Below, piece after piece: positions 1 to 8,889 of a stretch of 59,298 nucleotides of DNA (the first letter of the stretch is position 1; every line of letters begins with the position of its first letter). The stretch covers positions 1 through 59,298 of the forward strand of contig CAZRHU010000002.1 of NCBI GenBank assembly GCA_964600085.1, read 5' to 3'. The notes beneath the pieces are model-generated. The model had not been told where the DNA came from. It ran no database searches and was given only the letters and a program-made list of their open reading frames with translations. The DNA is from an uncultured Candidatus Saccharibacteria bacterium. Its GTDB lineage: Bacteria > Patescibacteriota > Minisyncoccia > JACQLN01 > CAZPCT01. Both the position numbers and the translations under genes were made by a program.

Positions 1-102
1 AAGGAGTCATTCGACCGGACAGGTCCAGTCACCCGGTCATTCGACCGGACAGGTTTGACCGGACAGGTTTGACCGGACAGGTTTGACCCCTCGGGAGGGG
101 TT
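1..102 (-). repeat. GC-rich tandem-repeat promoter-upstream module, copy A (cut by window edge; its promoter end would lie left of position 1)
   Basis: 14-mer GACCGGACAGGTTT in tandem at 43-56, 57-70 and 71-84, plus degenerate copies and GTCAYYC octamers. These are followed by hairpin GACCCCTCGGGAGGGGT (85-101). Same family as 2129-2194 and 58695-58828. Confidence 0.8.
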
Positions 103-112
103 GTTTGGCCTC

Positions 113-141
113 TTAAAAACACTCAGTTTATACGCTATAAT
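113..141 (+). promoter_or_regulatory. candidate sigma70-type promoter of pilB (TTAAAA-N17-TATAAT)
   Basis: TTAAAA at 113-118, 17-nt spacer, TATAAT at 136-141. The ATG at 149 lies 7 nt after the -10 box, so the mRNA may be leaderless. Confidence 0.45.
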
Positions 142-148
142 ACGAAGT

Positions 149-1813
149 ATGGATAATTCACAAGATGTAGCTAAAAAAAGAGAAGAAAAGCTTCTTGAGG
201 CTAAAGAAGAAGCTCAAGAATCGGAGGCTCAGAGAAAAGCCCAAAAGATAGGAGTTCCCTACCTCGACTTAAAGATGGTTCCTATTGATAGAGATAATTT
301 AACTTTGGTTTCTCTTAAAGAAGCAGAGAGAGCAGGACTGGGAATTGTTAGAAAAAATAAAAAAGAATTAAGGGTTGGTGTCGTTGATATAGAAAACGAA
401 GAAGCAAAACAAATAATAGAACGTCTGGAAAAACAAGGTTTTAAAGTTAAGATTTTTTTAATTTCTCCTCCATCGCTGAGAAAGATTTTAAAAGAATATG
501 AAAAAGTTCCTCTTCAATTTAAGAAAAAAGAGGTCTCTGGACAAGTAGATATAGAAAAATACTTTAAAAAAGGGGGGATTAAAAACCTCTCTGATCTTAG
601 AAAAATAGTAAAGAGTCCTAATGAGGAAACAAGCGAATTATTAGATGTTCTCTTGAGCGCTGCTCTTCTTTTAGACGCCTCCGATATACACGTTGAGCCT
701 CAAGAAAGTAAAGTTGAAGTTCGTTTAAGAATGGATGGAGTTCTTCAAGAAGTGGGAAGTATATCAGAGGAGAGTTATAAACTTCTCTTATCTAGAGTAA
801 AGCTGGTATCAGGTATAAGAATAAATGTTGTAGATATACCTCAAAATGGTCGCTTTACTGTCAGAACTCCTGATTACGAAGCTGAGAGTCGTGTTTCTAT
901 TCTACCTGGCGCCTATGGTGAGTATATAGTCATAAGACTCTTAAATCCTAAGGCGGTTAAGTTAGAGGTTAAAGATCTAGGAATAAGAGAAGAGATATGG
1001 AAAGATATTAAGGAAGAAATAGAAAAACCTAATGGTATAGTCTTGGTAACAGGGCCAACAGGATCAGGCAAAACAACAACCCTCTACGCCTTCTTAAAAC
1101 ACCTCCTAAGACCAGCGGTAAAGATAATCACCCTTGAAGACCCTATTGAGTATCACCTTGAGGGTGTCTCTCAATCCCAAGTTGAACCAGAAAAGGATTA
1201 CACCTTTGATTCAGGCATGCGTTCATCTTTAAGACAAGACCCCGATATAATTTTAGTCGGAGAGATAAGAGATGCAGAAACCGCCCAAACAGCTCTCCAA
1301 GCCTCTTTAACAGGTCACTTCGTCTTCTCTACCCTTCATACTAACGATGCTCCGGGCGCCATACCTCGATTTTTAGACTTAAACGCAAAACCAAAAATAT
1401 TATCGGCCGCCCTTAATGCTGTGATTGCTCAGCGACTAGTAAGAAGATTGTGCTCTGAGTGTAAAGAGCCCAGAAAATTAAAGGGAGAGGAAAAAGAAGC
1501 TATAAAGAAGGAGTTGTCACACCGCAAAGATTTAATAGAAAAGATAGAAGACGAAGAGTTTAATATTTATAAACCAAAAGGCTGTTCAAAGTGTTCAGAG
1601 ACGGGTTATAAAGGAAGGGTTGGTATTTTTGAGGTTTTAAGGGTTACAAAAAAGATTGAAGAGCTTATAAATCAGAACCCTTCTAGACAAGAAGTTTTAA
1701 ACCTAGCAAAAAAGGAGGGGTTTTTAAGTATGTATCAAGACGGCTTAGCTAGAGTTGTTGAGGGAATAACCACCATAGAAGAAGTAGAGAGGGTGGCTCA
1801 AGCTTTAGATTAA
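149..1813 (+). CDS. pilB: GspE/PilB-family type II/IV secretion (type IV pilus assembly) ATPase
   Basis: Walker A GPTGSGKTTT, Asp box, Walker B DPDIILVGEIRD, His box GHFVFSTLHTND and a tetracysteine CSEC..CSKC motif. The N-terminal T2SSE_N-like region starts at MDNSQDV. The TTG start at 83 in the ORF track lies inside the repeat module and is rejected. Confidence 0.9.
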   Translation: MDNSQDVAKKREEKLLEAKEEAQESEAQRKAQKIGVPYLDLKMVPIDRDNLTLVSLKEAERAGLGIVRKNKKELRVGVVDIENEEAKQIIERLEKQGFKVKIFLISPPSLRKILKEYEKVPLQFKKKEVSGQVDIEKYFKKGGIKNLSDLRKIVKSPNEETSELLDVLLSAALLLDASDIHVEPQESKVEVRLRMDGVLQEVGSISEESYKLLLSRVKLVSGIRINVVDIPQNGRFTVRTPDYEAESRVSILPGAYGEYIVIRLLNPKAVKLEVKDLGIREEIWKDIKEEIEKPNGIVLVTGPTGSGKTTTLYAFLKHLLRPAVKIITLEDPIEYHLEGVSQSQVEPEKDYTFDSGMRSSLRQDPDIILVGEIRDAETAQTALQASLTGHFVFSTLHTNDAPGAIPRFLDLNAKPKILSAALNAVIAQRLVRRLCSECKEPRKLKGEEKEAIKKELSHRKDLIEKIEDEEFNIYKPKGCSKCSETGYKGRVGIFEVLRVTKKIEELINQNPSRQEVLNLAKKEGFLSMYQDGLARVVEGITTIEEVERVAQALD

Positions 1814-1822
1814 TAAAAATAC

Positions 1823-1848
1823 AAAAAAGCGCTGGTAAGCGCTTTTTT
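1823..1848. terminator. bidirectional intrinsic terminator
   Basis: AAAAAAGCGC-TGGTAA-GCGCTTTTTT: a hairpin flanked by an A-run and a T-run. It serves pilB (+) and the convergent RNA (-). Confidence 0.75.
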
Positions 1849-2092
1849 CTTTTCTTTCTATTTTTCTCTAACTCCACCTATAAGCCTATAGACAATTCTC
1901 TAGTTTGACCTAGAGAACCCTAAGTCTTGGGAAACACAGGGAGGAGAATGCTCCGAGGATAAGTTCAGTTTAAAGGCCGAAGCCAAAAAACCAATCCGTC
2001 CTAAATCTAAGAGAAAACTCCTGTTATCTATAGGCCTATAAGAAGAGCTTAAAGAGAAGAACAAAAAAGTACAGTACCCCTCCAATACGTAC
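1849..2092 (-). ncRNA. orphan structured RNA of unknown class (rod-like, possibly 6S-like)
   Basis: Own TTGACA promoter and terminator. A 16-bp closing helix pairs 1877-1892 with 2027-2042. It has two G-U wobbles on the minus-strand RNA but C-A mismatches on the plus strand. Internal hairpins include GGC-UUCG-GCC and CUCUAG..CUAGAG. The 61-aa ORF there has no SD and is implausible. Confidence 0.5.
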
Positions 2093-2099
2093 TATCTAA

Positions 2100-2128
2100 A
2101 GGTTAATCTATTATTTTACTCTTGTCAA
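2100..2128 (-). promoter_or_regulatory. promoter TTGACA-N17-TAACCT, fused to repeat module B
   Basis: Reverse complement of 2123-2128 is TTGACA, the spacer is 17 nt, and the reverse complement of 2100-2105 is TAACCT. The upstream flank GGATGACCGGATGACCCC-TTGACA is identical to the one at 58811-58834. Confidence 0.55.
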
Positions 2129-2194
2129 GGGGTCATCCGGTCATCCAGTCACCCAGTCATCCAGTCATTCGACCGGACGGGTTCGACCCCTTAA
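2129..2194 (-). repeat. GC-rich tandem-repeat promoter-upstream module, copy B
   Basis: Minus strand reads GGGGTCGAACCCGTCCGGTCGAATGACTGGATGACTGGGTGACTGGATGACCGGATGACCCC, followed by TTGACA. It has one 14-mer unit plus five GGATGACY-like octamers. Confidence 0.8.
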
Positions 2195-2239
2195 AGAGAA
2201 GTTATCTGTTTTTTTACTAAATATATAAAATCAACTCTT

Positions 2240-2268
2240 TTAAAATTTATTCTGTGGAAAACTATAAT
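2240..2268 (+). promoter_or_regulatory. candidate ruvB promoter (TTAAAA-N17-TATAAT)
   Basis: TTAAAA at 2240-2245, 17-nt spacer containing TGTGGAAAA, TATAAT at 2263-2268. Same architecture as the pilB promoter. Confidence 0.45.
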
Positions 2269-2291
2269 TTTGTGGTAAAGTAAAAAGAGAT

Positions 2292-3305
2292 ATGGCTGAA
2301 GAAAGAGAAGTAAAACCAAAACAAAGCGAAGAAGATAAGGTTTTAGATCAAACGCTGAGGCCCCATCTTTTAAAAAATTATATCGGTCAAGAACAAATAA
2401 AAGAAAACTTGGCTATCTTTTTATCGGCTGCCCAAAAGAGAAAAGAATCCCTAGAACACGTTCTTCTCCACGGTCCAGCTGGACTAGGAAAAACCACTCT
2501 AGCTTATATAATATCTAGAGAATTAGGTGTAAATATAACCACCACCTCGGGACCGGCTATAGAAAGAGTTGGCGACCTAGCTTCTATCTTAACCAATCTC
2601 AACGACGGAGACGTTCTCTTTATAGATGAAATACATAGAATAAATCGCACAATTGAAGAAGTGCTCTATCCGGCAATGGAAGATTTTATCTTCGATATAA
2701 TTATAGGCAAGGGCCCTTCGGCTAGAACTGTTCAACTACAACTCCCCCGCTTCACCTTAATAGGAGCAACCACTAGAGCAGGGTTGTTAAGTTCTCCTTT
2801 TAGAAGTCGTTTTGGCGCCACTTATCATCTTGATTTTTATAATGATAAAGATATAGAAGCGATTTTGAGCAGGTCTTCTAAAATTTTAAATGTAAAAACT
2901 GATAAAAAAGCTATAGAAATAATTGCTGGGCGTTCTAGACAAACGCCTCGAGTAGCCAACCGCCTCTTAAAGAGGGTGCGCGATTATTCCCAAGTAAAAT
3001 CCAACGGAGAGATAAACAAGGAGATTGCCTCAGTGGCTCTTAGTATGTTAGAAGTTGACCAAAAAGGATTAGAAAAAATGGATAGAAAGATCTTAGAAAC
3101 TATTATAAAAAAATTCAACGGTGGTCCCGTTGGAATTCAAGCTTTAGCTGCCTCCGTTGGAGAGGGACGGGACACAATCTTAGATGTTTACGAACCCTAC
3201 CTTCTTCAGGCCGGTCTTATAATCAGAACCCCTAAAGGAAGAGAGGTGACTAACATTGCCTATAAGCACCTATCCTTAGTTCAGTCGCAAGAAAAGTTGG
3301 TATAA
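2292..3305 (+). CDS. ruvB: Holliday junction branch-migration helicase RuvB
   Basis: AAA+ Walker [12 protein letters not shown], Walker B LFIDEIH, sensor motifs, and full-length collinearity with the RuvB family. Confidence 0.95.
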   Translation: MAEEREVKPKQSEEDKVLDQTLRPHLLKNYIGQEQIKENLAIFLSAAQKRKESLEHVLLHGPAGLGKTTLAYIISRELGVNITTTSGPAIERVGDLASILTNLNDGDVLFIDEIHRINRTIEEVLYPAMEDFIFDIIIGKGPSARTVQLQLPRFTLIGATTRAGLLSSPFRSRFGATYHLDFYNDKDIEAILSRSSKILNVKTDKKAIEIIAGRSRQTPRVANRLLKRVRDYSQVKSNGEINKEIASVALSMLEVDQKGLEKMDRKILETIIKKFNGGPVGIQALAASVGEGRDTILDVYEPYLLQAGLIIRTPKGREVTNIAYKHLSLVQSQEKLV

Positions 3306-3337
3306 GATTAAATAAAACCCCGGTAGCGCTAAAATTT

Positions 3338-3553
3338 TTAAAACCCCATCAACCTTGCCACTGCGTACGCCGAAACACCCAGACCAAAAGGATATACTAT
3401 GAAGAGCCAGATATAAGAAAACCAGTTAGCATTACTTGGATTTTTTATAAAATCAAACCAACTTAACAATCCTACCTTTAAAGCAAAAAAATTAAAAATT
3501 AACGCCCCCACAAGAATTCCTATTCCTAAAATGAATATTTTTAATACTTCCAT
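3338..3553 (-). CDS. small two-TM membrane protein, unknown function
   Basis: 71-aa ORF with two hydrophobic helices, located downstream of the terminator at 3571-3598. Confidence 0.45.
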   Translation of the reverse strand: MEVLKIFILGIGILVGALIFNFFALKVGLLSWFDFIKNPSNANWFSYIWLFIVYPFGLGVSAYAVARLMGF

Positions 3554-3570
3554 AATTATATTATAACATC

Positions 3571-3598
3571 AAAAAGCCCCGCTGTGTGCGGGGCTTAT
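3571..3598 (-). terminator. intrinsic terminator
   Basis: Minus strand AGCCCCGC-ACACA-GCGGGGCU followed by UUUUU. Confidence 0.7.
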
Positions 3599-3600
3599 TA

Positions 3601-3675
3601 CTAGATGAAATAAAGAAAAATCGCTAGACCCATGAGGATAAAAACGCCGAAAACATCTCTTGTTTTAACGTTCAT
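3601..3675 (-). CDS. 24-aa hydrophobic mini-protein (MNVKTRDVFGVFILMGLAIFLYFI)
   Basis: Not in the ORF track because it is under 60 aa. SD-like AAGGAAAGGA lies 6 nt upstream of the ATG. It has a single TM helix after a charged N-terminus. The stop abuts the terminator, and the ORF is co-oriented 30 nt downstream of the 149-aa membrane protein. Confidence 0.35.
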   Translation of the reverse strand: MNVKTRDVFGVFILMGLAIFLYFI

Positions 3676-3704
3676 AAAACATCCTTTCCTTGGGTAATTT
3701 ATTT

Positions 3705-4154
3705 TTATCTTCTTGAGATTTTTTTTGAAAACCTCTTAATTTCATCAAAAACGATTAGAAAGATCAAGACAGCTATAAAGAGAATGACCACAAAATAGAA
3801 TACGAAAAGTGTCGTTTCGTACCTATGCGCTTCGATCGCTAGAGCTAGATTTGTATAACCAAACCTATTTAGGAAGAAAGCGCTCCAGTGAGCAATAATT
3901 GGTAAGAGACAATAGATGGTCCATCCCCAGAAAAAAACTTTTATCATAAGAGAGGGTTGATAGCCACGACCTCTGTGGGGATCAAAAAACCCAGCTAAAG
4001 AGGCTAGAAAAAGCCAGACCAACAAGAAAATAGGAGAAATCATAACAACAGATGGCCAATTAGTCACGCTCCAACCCGCTAAAAAACAATACGGGATAGA
4101 GAAGACCACGCCAACCAAGAGATAGAATAGGGCTAATAAAGCTCCACCAAGCAT
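3705..4154 (-). CDS. polytopic membrane protein, unknown function
   Basis: Five or so hydrophobic helices. The start is moved to MLGGALL (ATG at 4152-4154) because AAGGAGG lies 4-5 nt upstream. Confidence 0.6.
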   Translation of the reverse strand: MLGGALLALFYLLVGVVFSIPYCFLAGWSVTNWPSVVMISPIFLLVWLFLASLAGFFDPHRGRGYQPSLMIKVFFWGWTIYCLLPIIAHWSAFFLNRFGYTNLALAIEAHRYETTLFVFYFVVILFIAVLIFLIVFDEIKRFSKKISRR

Positions 4155-4242
4155 TTTTCCTCCTTTGTAAGAGAACAAAAACAACTCATTAACTACCTCT
4201 TAAATATCATATTGTATACATAATGTCAATAAAATACGAGAC

Positions 4243-5103
4243 CTATCGTTGGGCATTTTTTGGCTCTTTAGGTTTAAAAATATTTTGGAGTGATCGACTT
4301 ACTGCTAAAAAAACAGGGTTGCCACTCTTATCCCAGCTTAATTCTCTTCTTAATTCTATTTTTGTTTTAGTAATACTTTTTATTTTATTTAAAGTTTCTT
4401 TGTAGGCCTCTGCTAAGTTTTCCTGCCCATTTTCGAGAGCAAATTTTCTAAACGTTTCTAGTTGTAGCTGGATTTGGTCCAGAATTAAAAGTTGGACCGG
4501 ATGACAATAGAGAGCATCGTTGTCTCTTTCCATCCAGAGATCGGTTAGCTCTTGTAGAGTTTGAAAATCTACTCCCACAACTACTCTCGGAGTTTTATCT
4601 AACCCTCCTTCTTTAGGGTTGAAATACTTAAGACCCGTTAGACGACCCTCTTCTATCTCTCTCTTTATCCTCTCTAATTTCTCGGTAACAGTATTACTAT
4701 AAGTGACGTCAATAGCTAGCGCTAAGTGGGAAGGGTCTTCTTTAGGGGGATTAAATTCTATAATTTCATCAACGCCATTAACTATATCATCGTATCGCGA
4801 CGCCTTAAAAGTCATCGCGTCTGGACCAAGCCAGTCGCTCAACTCAGCTTGGGTGTGAAAAATAGCTTCAAAAATTAAGCTGTGTTTTTGCGACCTCTCG
4901 TCTTCAGGTAAACTTCTTTCTTTAAAACTCGTTTCTCTACGATCTACATAAGCTAAATCACGTTCTAATTCTTCTCTGCCATAAAAATTTTCGAAATCAG
5001 TCATTTTTATAGCGTCTTCTCTAAGTTCTTTCTCAGCCTTTTCAAAAGCTTTTTCGAAATCAGCTTCTTTAAAGGCTTTGTTTTCTATTTTCTCAAAACC
5101 CAT
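4243..5103 (-). CDS. hypothetical acidic cytoplasmic protein
   Basis: 286-aa ORF with no recognisable motif, 15 nt downstream of the PBP1A gene on the same strand. Confidence 0.6.
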   Translation of the reverse strand: MGFEKIENKAFKEADFEKAFEKAEKELREDAIKMTDFENFYGREELERDLAYVDRRETSFKERSLPEDERSQKHSLIFEAIFHTQAELSDWLGPDAMTFKASRYDDIVNGVDEIIEFNPPKEDPSHLALAIDVTYSNTVTEKLERIKREIEEGRLTGLKYFNPKEGGLDKTPRVVVGVDFQTLQELTDLWMERDNDALYCHPVQLLILDQIQLQLETFRKFALENGQENLAEAYKETLNKIKSITKTKIELRRELSWDKSGNPVFLAVSRSLQNIFKPKEPKNAQR

Positions 5104-5117
5104 AGGTCTTTTATTAT

Positions 5118-7532
5118 TTAAGGAATTATTATTTTCCTTAAAGCCTCTTTGAAAACGAATAAACTTTCTCCATAAATATGGATTTTTATAGTATGCTCTC
5201 CAGAAGAAACACCGAGGGGCAAGCTGTAATTTAAGATGTAATTTGGACCCGGCCCTTCTATAACTCCTATTAATTTGTCATTAAAGAAAAATTCAACTTT
5301 CTTTAACTCTTCTTCTGATTTAGCGTTTACCTCTATAGTAAAACCGGTTGAATCCACTTCCTCGTTTTCCTCTGGTGACAGTATTGAGATAGAGGTGTTG
5401 GAAGAATAACCGTCTTGCCACCAATCACTAACTGCTTTCTCCCAATTTTTAAACTGAATATCTTTTTTAGATGGTGGAGCTCCGAGAGGATCGTTTTTAT
5501 CAATATAATAGAGAATACTATGAACATCGCCGTCCACCACATATTGACCGCTGAGAATAGGTTTAGATCTCTCGACTGGTTGAGGAGGGGTAAAGCTTTC
5601 TTTTGGTAAATCTAAAACCTCAAAGGCCTTTAATAAAAACTCTCGCCACATAGGAGAAGCTACAACTACTCCCGGTTTATTGTTTATGGGCGAATTATCG
5701 TTGTTCCCAGCCCAAACGCCAACAGCTAATGAGGGAGTATAACCCACGGTCCAACCGTCTCTAAACTCGTTTGTGCTACCGGTTTTAGCAGCCACATCTC
5801 TATCACTAAAAGCTAAGGGGCTTGAAGGTCCAAAGACGGGGGTTCGGGCTATATTGTCAGATAAGATATCGGATATTTGTCTAGTTATCTCTGCGTCTAA
5901 AACTTGGGTTGATTTGTCTTCAAATTTTTCTATAACTTCTCCCTCGCCATCTTCTATCTTTAAAATTGAAACGATTTCTTGCCTAACACCCTCGTTAGCA
6001 AATACACCAAAGGCGGAGGTTATATCTAATAAACGAACCTCCCCCCCACCAAGAACCAACGACAGACCAAAACGAGAGCGGTCTTTTAGCGTGGTAATCC
6101 CCATATCTTGAGCGGTGTCTATAGAGTCGTCAATGCCCGCCAAATAAAGAGTTTTTACTGCCGGAATGTTTATAGAATTAGCTAAAGCTGATCTAAGGGT
6201 GACGGGACCTCTAAAAGTTCCATCAAAGTTTCCTGGCCGATAACACTCTGCCCCGGGATATTCCGGATGACTAAAACTATCGCAACTTGGGTTAAATTCT
6301 GTTGAAAGATCAAAGACAATAGTTTTATCTGTGTACCCCTCTTTAAAAGCGGTGGCATAGATAAAGGGTTTAAAAGCAGAGCCCGGCTGTCTTCCTCTAA
6401 GACTTACATTTACATGGGGTTCAAATTTACAACTAATGCCGGGAGTACACCCCTCTGGTAGTGGGTCAGCAAAATAATCTTTTGAACCAACCATAGCTAA
6501 AATCTGACCTGTTTTAGGGTCTATAGCAACAAGAGAAGCGTTGTAAGCCCCTAGATGCTGGTTTTCTTCTACTCTTTTCTTAACGATCTCTTCAGCGGCC
6601 TCTTGGAGTTCTGAATCAATAGTGCTGATCACTTTTAAACCGGCTTGGGAAAGATAATCTTCACCATATTTTTCTTCTAAAATTTCTCTTACATAAAAAA
6701 TAAAGTGGGGAGCGTCTATAGAGGTTCTAACTTTACTAAAATCTAACTCTTCATCTCTAGCCTCCTCCTCTTCTTCGGGGGTTATAAAACCCATGTTTTT
6801 CATCATTCTTAGGGTTAGATTTCTTCTAAAAATAAGCTCGTCCTTATGAGAGCCGTAAGGAGAATAATAAGTTGGGGCTTTAGGAAGAGAAGCTAAGAGA
6901 GCTGATTCTGAAAGAGTAAGTTCTTGGGCATGTTTTGAAAAGAATGTTTGAGCCGCCGCTTCTATGCCATAAGCATTAGAACCGTAAGGTATTTGGTTTA
7001 AATAAAAACCGAGAATTTCATCTTTTTCATATTTTCTTTCGAGCTCTAAGGCTAAAATAGCTTCTTTTATTTTTCTAGTTAGAGTTCTTTCTGGAGAAAG
7101 TATAGAATTTTTAATAAACTGTTGAGTTATAGTGGAGGCCCCTCTCAACCTATCCCCTTTTAAACCGCTTATAAGAGCTGTGATAACAGCTCTTATGTCA
7201 ACTCCCGGATGGCTGTAAAAGTTTTGGTCCTCAATAGCAATTGTTGCGTTTTTAACACTTTTAGGAATGCTAGAAAAAGGAATAACTGTTCTCTTTTCTT
7301 CGCCGTGAATATCATAAAGAACAACCTCCCCGGTTCGATCATATATCTTTGTTGACTGGGTTATCTGGCGCTGATCTATACGACTAGGGTCTGGTAGATC
7401 TTTAGCAAAAAAAAGAAATATCCCCACCCCAAAAATAAAAAAAATTAAAATAAAAATTCCAACTATTTTTAGAATAGCGCTCAGTCCTCCTTTAAAGATT
7501 TTATTTTTTTGATAGTTTTTTCTCCTTGGCAT
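5118..7532 (-). CDS. class A penicillin-binding protein (GT51 transglycosylase plus transpeptidase) with C-terminal beta-sandwich extension
   Basis: N-terminal TM anchor, GT51 motifs EDQNFYSHPGVD and RKIKE, and transpeptidase motifs SAFKP (SxxK) and KTGST (KTG). Confidence 0.9.
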   Translation of the reverse strand: MPRRKNYQKNKIFKGGLSAILKIVGIFILIFFIFGVGIFLFFAKDLPDPSRIDQRQITQSTKIYDRTGEVVLYDIHGEEKRTVIPFSSIPKSVKNATIAIEDQNFYSHPGVDIRAVITALISGLKGDRLRGASTITQQFIKNSILSPERTLTRKIKEAILALELERKYEKDEILGFYLNQIPYGSNAYGIEAAAQTFFSKHAQELTLSESALLASLPKAPTYYSPYGSHKDELIFRRNLTLRMMKNMGFITPEEEEEARDEELDFSKVRTSIDAPHFIFYVREILEEKYGEDYLSQAGLKVISTIDSELQEAAEEIVKKRVEENQHLGAYNASLVAIDPKTGQILAMVGSKDYFADPLPEGCTPGISCKFEPHVNVSLRGRQPGSAFKPFIYATAFKEGYTDKTIVFDLSTEFNPSCDSFSHPEYPGAECYRPGNFDGTFRGPVTLRSALANSINIPAVKTLYLAGIDDSIDTAQDMGITTLKDRSRFGLSLVLGGGEVRLLDITSAFGVFANEGVRQEIVSILKIEDGEGEVIEKFEDKSTQVLDAEITRQISDILSDNIARTPVFGPSSPLAFSDRDVAAKTGSTNEFRDGWTVGYTPSLAVGVWAGNNDNSPINNKPGVVVASPMWREFLLKAFEVLDLPKESFTPPQPVERSKPILSGQYVVDGDVHSILYYIDKNDPLGAPPSKKDIQFKNWEKAVSDWWQDGYSSNTSISILSPEENEEVDSTGFTIEVNAKSEEELKKVEFFFNDKLIGVIEGPGPNYILNYSLPLGVSSGEHTIKIHIYGESLFVFKEALRKIIIP

Positions 7533-7620
7533 TTTCGCTTCGTTCTAATTTTTAGACCTCTAATATTATTAGTTATTCTACCTAACTATTAAACTTTGTA
7601 AAACACGCACAAATTCTGTT

Positions 7621-8841
7621 ATGCTTATAGATATGAATAAAGAAATAGACAAAATACTAGAACGCGGGGTTATAGCTGAAGTGCTACCAACAAAAAAGGG
7701 TTTTAAAAAAGCTCTTTTAGGAGATAAAAAATTAAAATTTTATCTCGGAATAGACCCCACAGCAGCTTCTATTCACCTGGGGCACGCTCAAAATATAATG
7801 CTCTTAGAAGATTTTAGATCTCTAGGTCATGAGGCTATTCTTTTAATTGGTGATTTCACAGCTAGAATTGGAGATCCTTCGGGGATGACAAGTGCCCGAA
7901 AACCTCTCTCTTTGAACGAGATAAGAAAAAATGTAGAAGAAATAACTAAAAATATAGACAATATAATCGGTATTAAAAAAAAGAAAAATCCAGCCAAGCT
8001 TTTATTTAATAGCCAGTGGTTGGAAAAATTAAATTTTGAAGAGGTTTTAAGTCTAAGCTCAAACTTTACTGTTCAGCAAATGATAGAGAGGGATATGTTT
8101 AGAAAAAGAATAGAGGATAAAAGACCAATTTTTTTAAATGAGTTTTTTTACCCTCTTATGCAGGGGTACGACTCTGTGGCTATGAATGTAGATGCGGAGA
8201 TAGGGGGAACAGACCAAACCTTTAATATGCTAGCCGGTAGAACTCTTTTAAGAAAATTAAAAAATAAAGAAAAATTTATTATTACTACAAATTTAATTCA
8301 AAACCCTAAAACCGGGGAGCTGATGTCTATGAGTAAAGGGACTGGTGTTTTTGTAAATTCCCCGCCTAAAAAAATGTTTGGCGAGGTAATGGCCCAGCCT
8401 GATGAAATAATATCGGTCTTATTTAAAAGCAACACCAGAGTTCCTTTAGAAGAAATAAAAGAAACGGAAAAGAGAGTGAAAGAAGGTGGAGAAGAAGTTA
8501 GAGATATAAAAATGAGATTGGCTGAAGAAATAGTTTCTATTTTTTACTCTTCCGAGAAAGCTTGTAAGGTAAAAGAAGAGTATAAAAGAACATTTTCTAA
8601 AAAGAAGCTACCTCGAGATATAAAATTAAAAAAACACCCCCTAAGAAGAGATGCCCTTTTAAATATTGTTTGGAAATCTAATCTAGTTTCTTCTAAGACA
8701 GAAGCTCGTAGATTGATAAAAGATGGAGCTGTTGAGATTAACGGAGAGAAAATAAAGGAAGAAAAAAAAGAAATAGACTTGACCAACGGGATAATTTTAA
8801 AAATCGGGAAACATCGATTTTTAAAATTAGAATCAGAATAA
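7621..8841 (+). CDS. tyrS: tyrosyl-tRNA synthetase
   Basis: HIGH motif (IHLGHAQ), KMSKS-like LMSMSKG and a C-terminal S4 domain. The start could instead be the ATG at 7633. Confidence 0.9.
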   Translation: MLIDMNKEIDKILERGVIAEVLPTKKGFKKALLGDKKLKFYLGIDPTAASIHLGHAQNIMLLEDFRSLGHEAILLIGDFTARIGDPSGMTSARKPLSLNEIRKNVEEITKNIDNIIGIKKKKNPAKLLFNSQWLEKLNFEEVLSLSSNFTVQQMIERDMFRKRIEDKRPIFLNEFFYPLMQGYDSVAMNVDAEIGGTDQTFNMLAGRTLLRKLKNKEKFIITTNLIQNPKTGELMSMSKGTGVFVNSPPKKMFGEVMAQPDEIISVLFKSNTRVPLEEIKETEKRVKEGGEEVRDIKMRLAEEIVSIFYSSEKACKVKEEYKRTFSKKKLPRDIKLKKHPLRRDALLNIVWKSNLVSSKTEARRLIKDGAVEINGEKIKEEKKEIDLTNGIILKIGKHRFLKLESE

Positions 8842-8862
8842 AAGTTTTAAAAAAACTAATTT

Positions 8863-8888
8863 AAAAGCCCCCTTTGCTGGGGGCTTTT
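8863..8888. terminator. bidirectional intrinsic terminator
   Basis: AAAAGCCCCC-TTTGCT-GGGGGCTTTT, between the convergent tyrS and acidic ORF. Confidence 0.75.
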
Positions 8889-8889
8889 A

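Noticed and set aside
1926-1941. 14-nt identity CCUGUGUUUCCCAA shared between the RNA candidate at 1.9 kb (minus strand) and 32658-32671 (plus strand).
   Set aside because: In about 59 kb read on both strands, roughly ten chance 14-mer matches are expected. The flanks are unrelated.
1900-2085. 61-aa minus-strand ORF in the pilB-ruvB gap.
   Set aside because: It has no ribosome-binding site and odd composition, and it coincides with a region better explained by a structured RNA with strand-specific G-U pairs.
5333-6111. ORFs 5333-5542, 5415-5609 and 5773-6111 inside or antisense to the PBP1A gene. Similar nested ORFs occur in dnaN, dnaA, VirB6, pnp, gpmI, tig and nusA.
   Set aside because: They are embedded in long ORFs with clear family motifs. 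They are low-complexity antisense translations with no independent signals.
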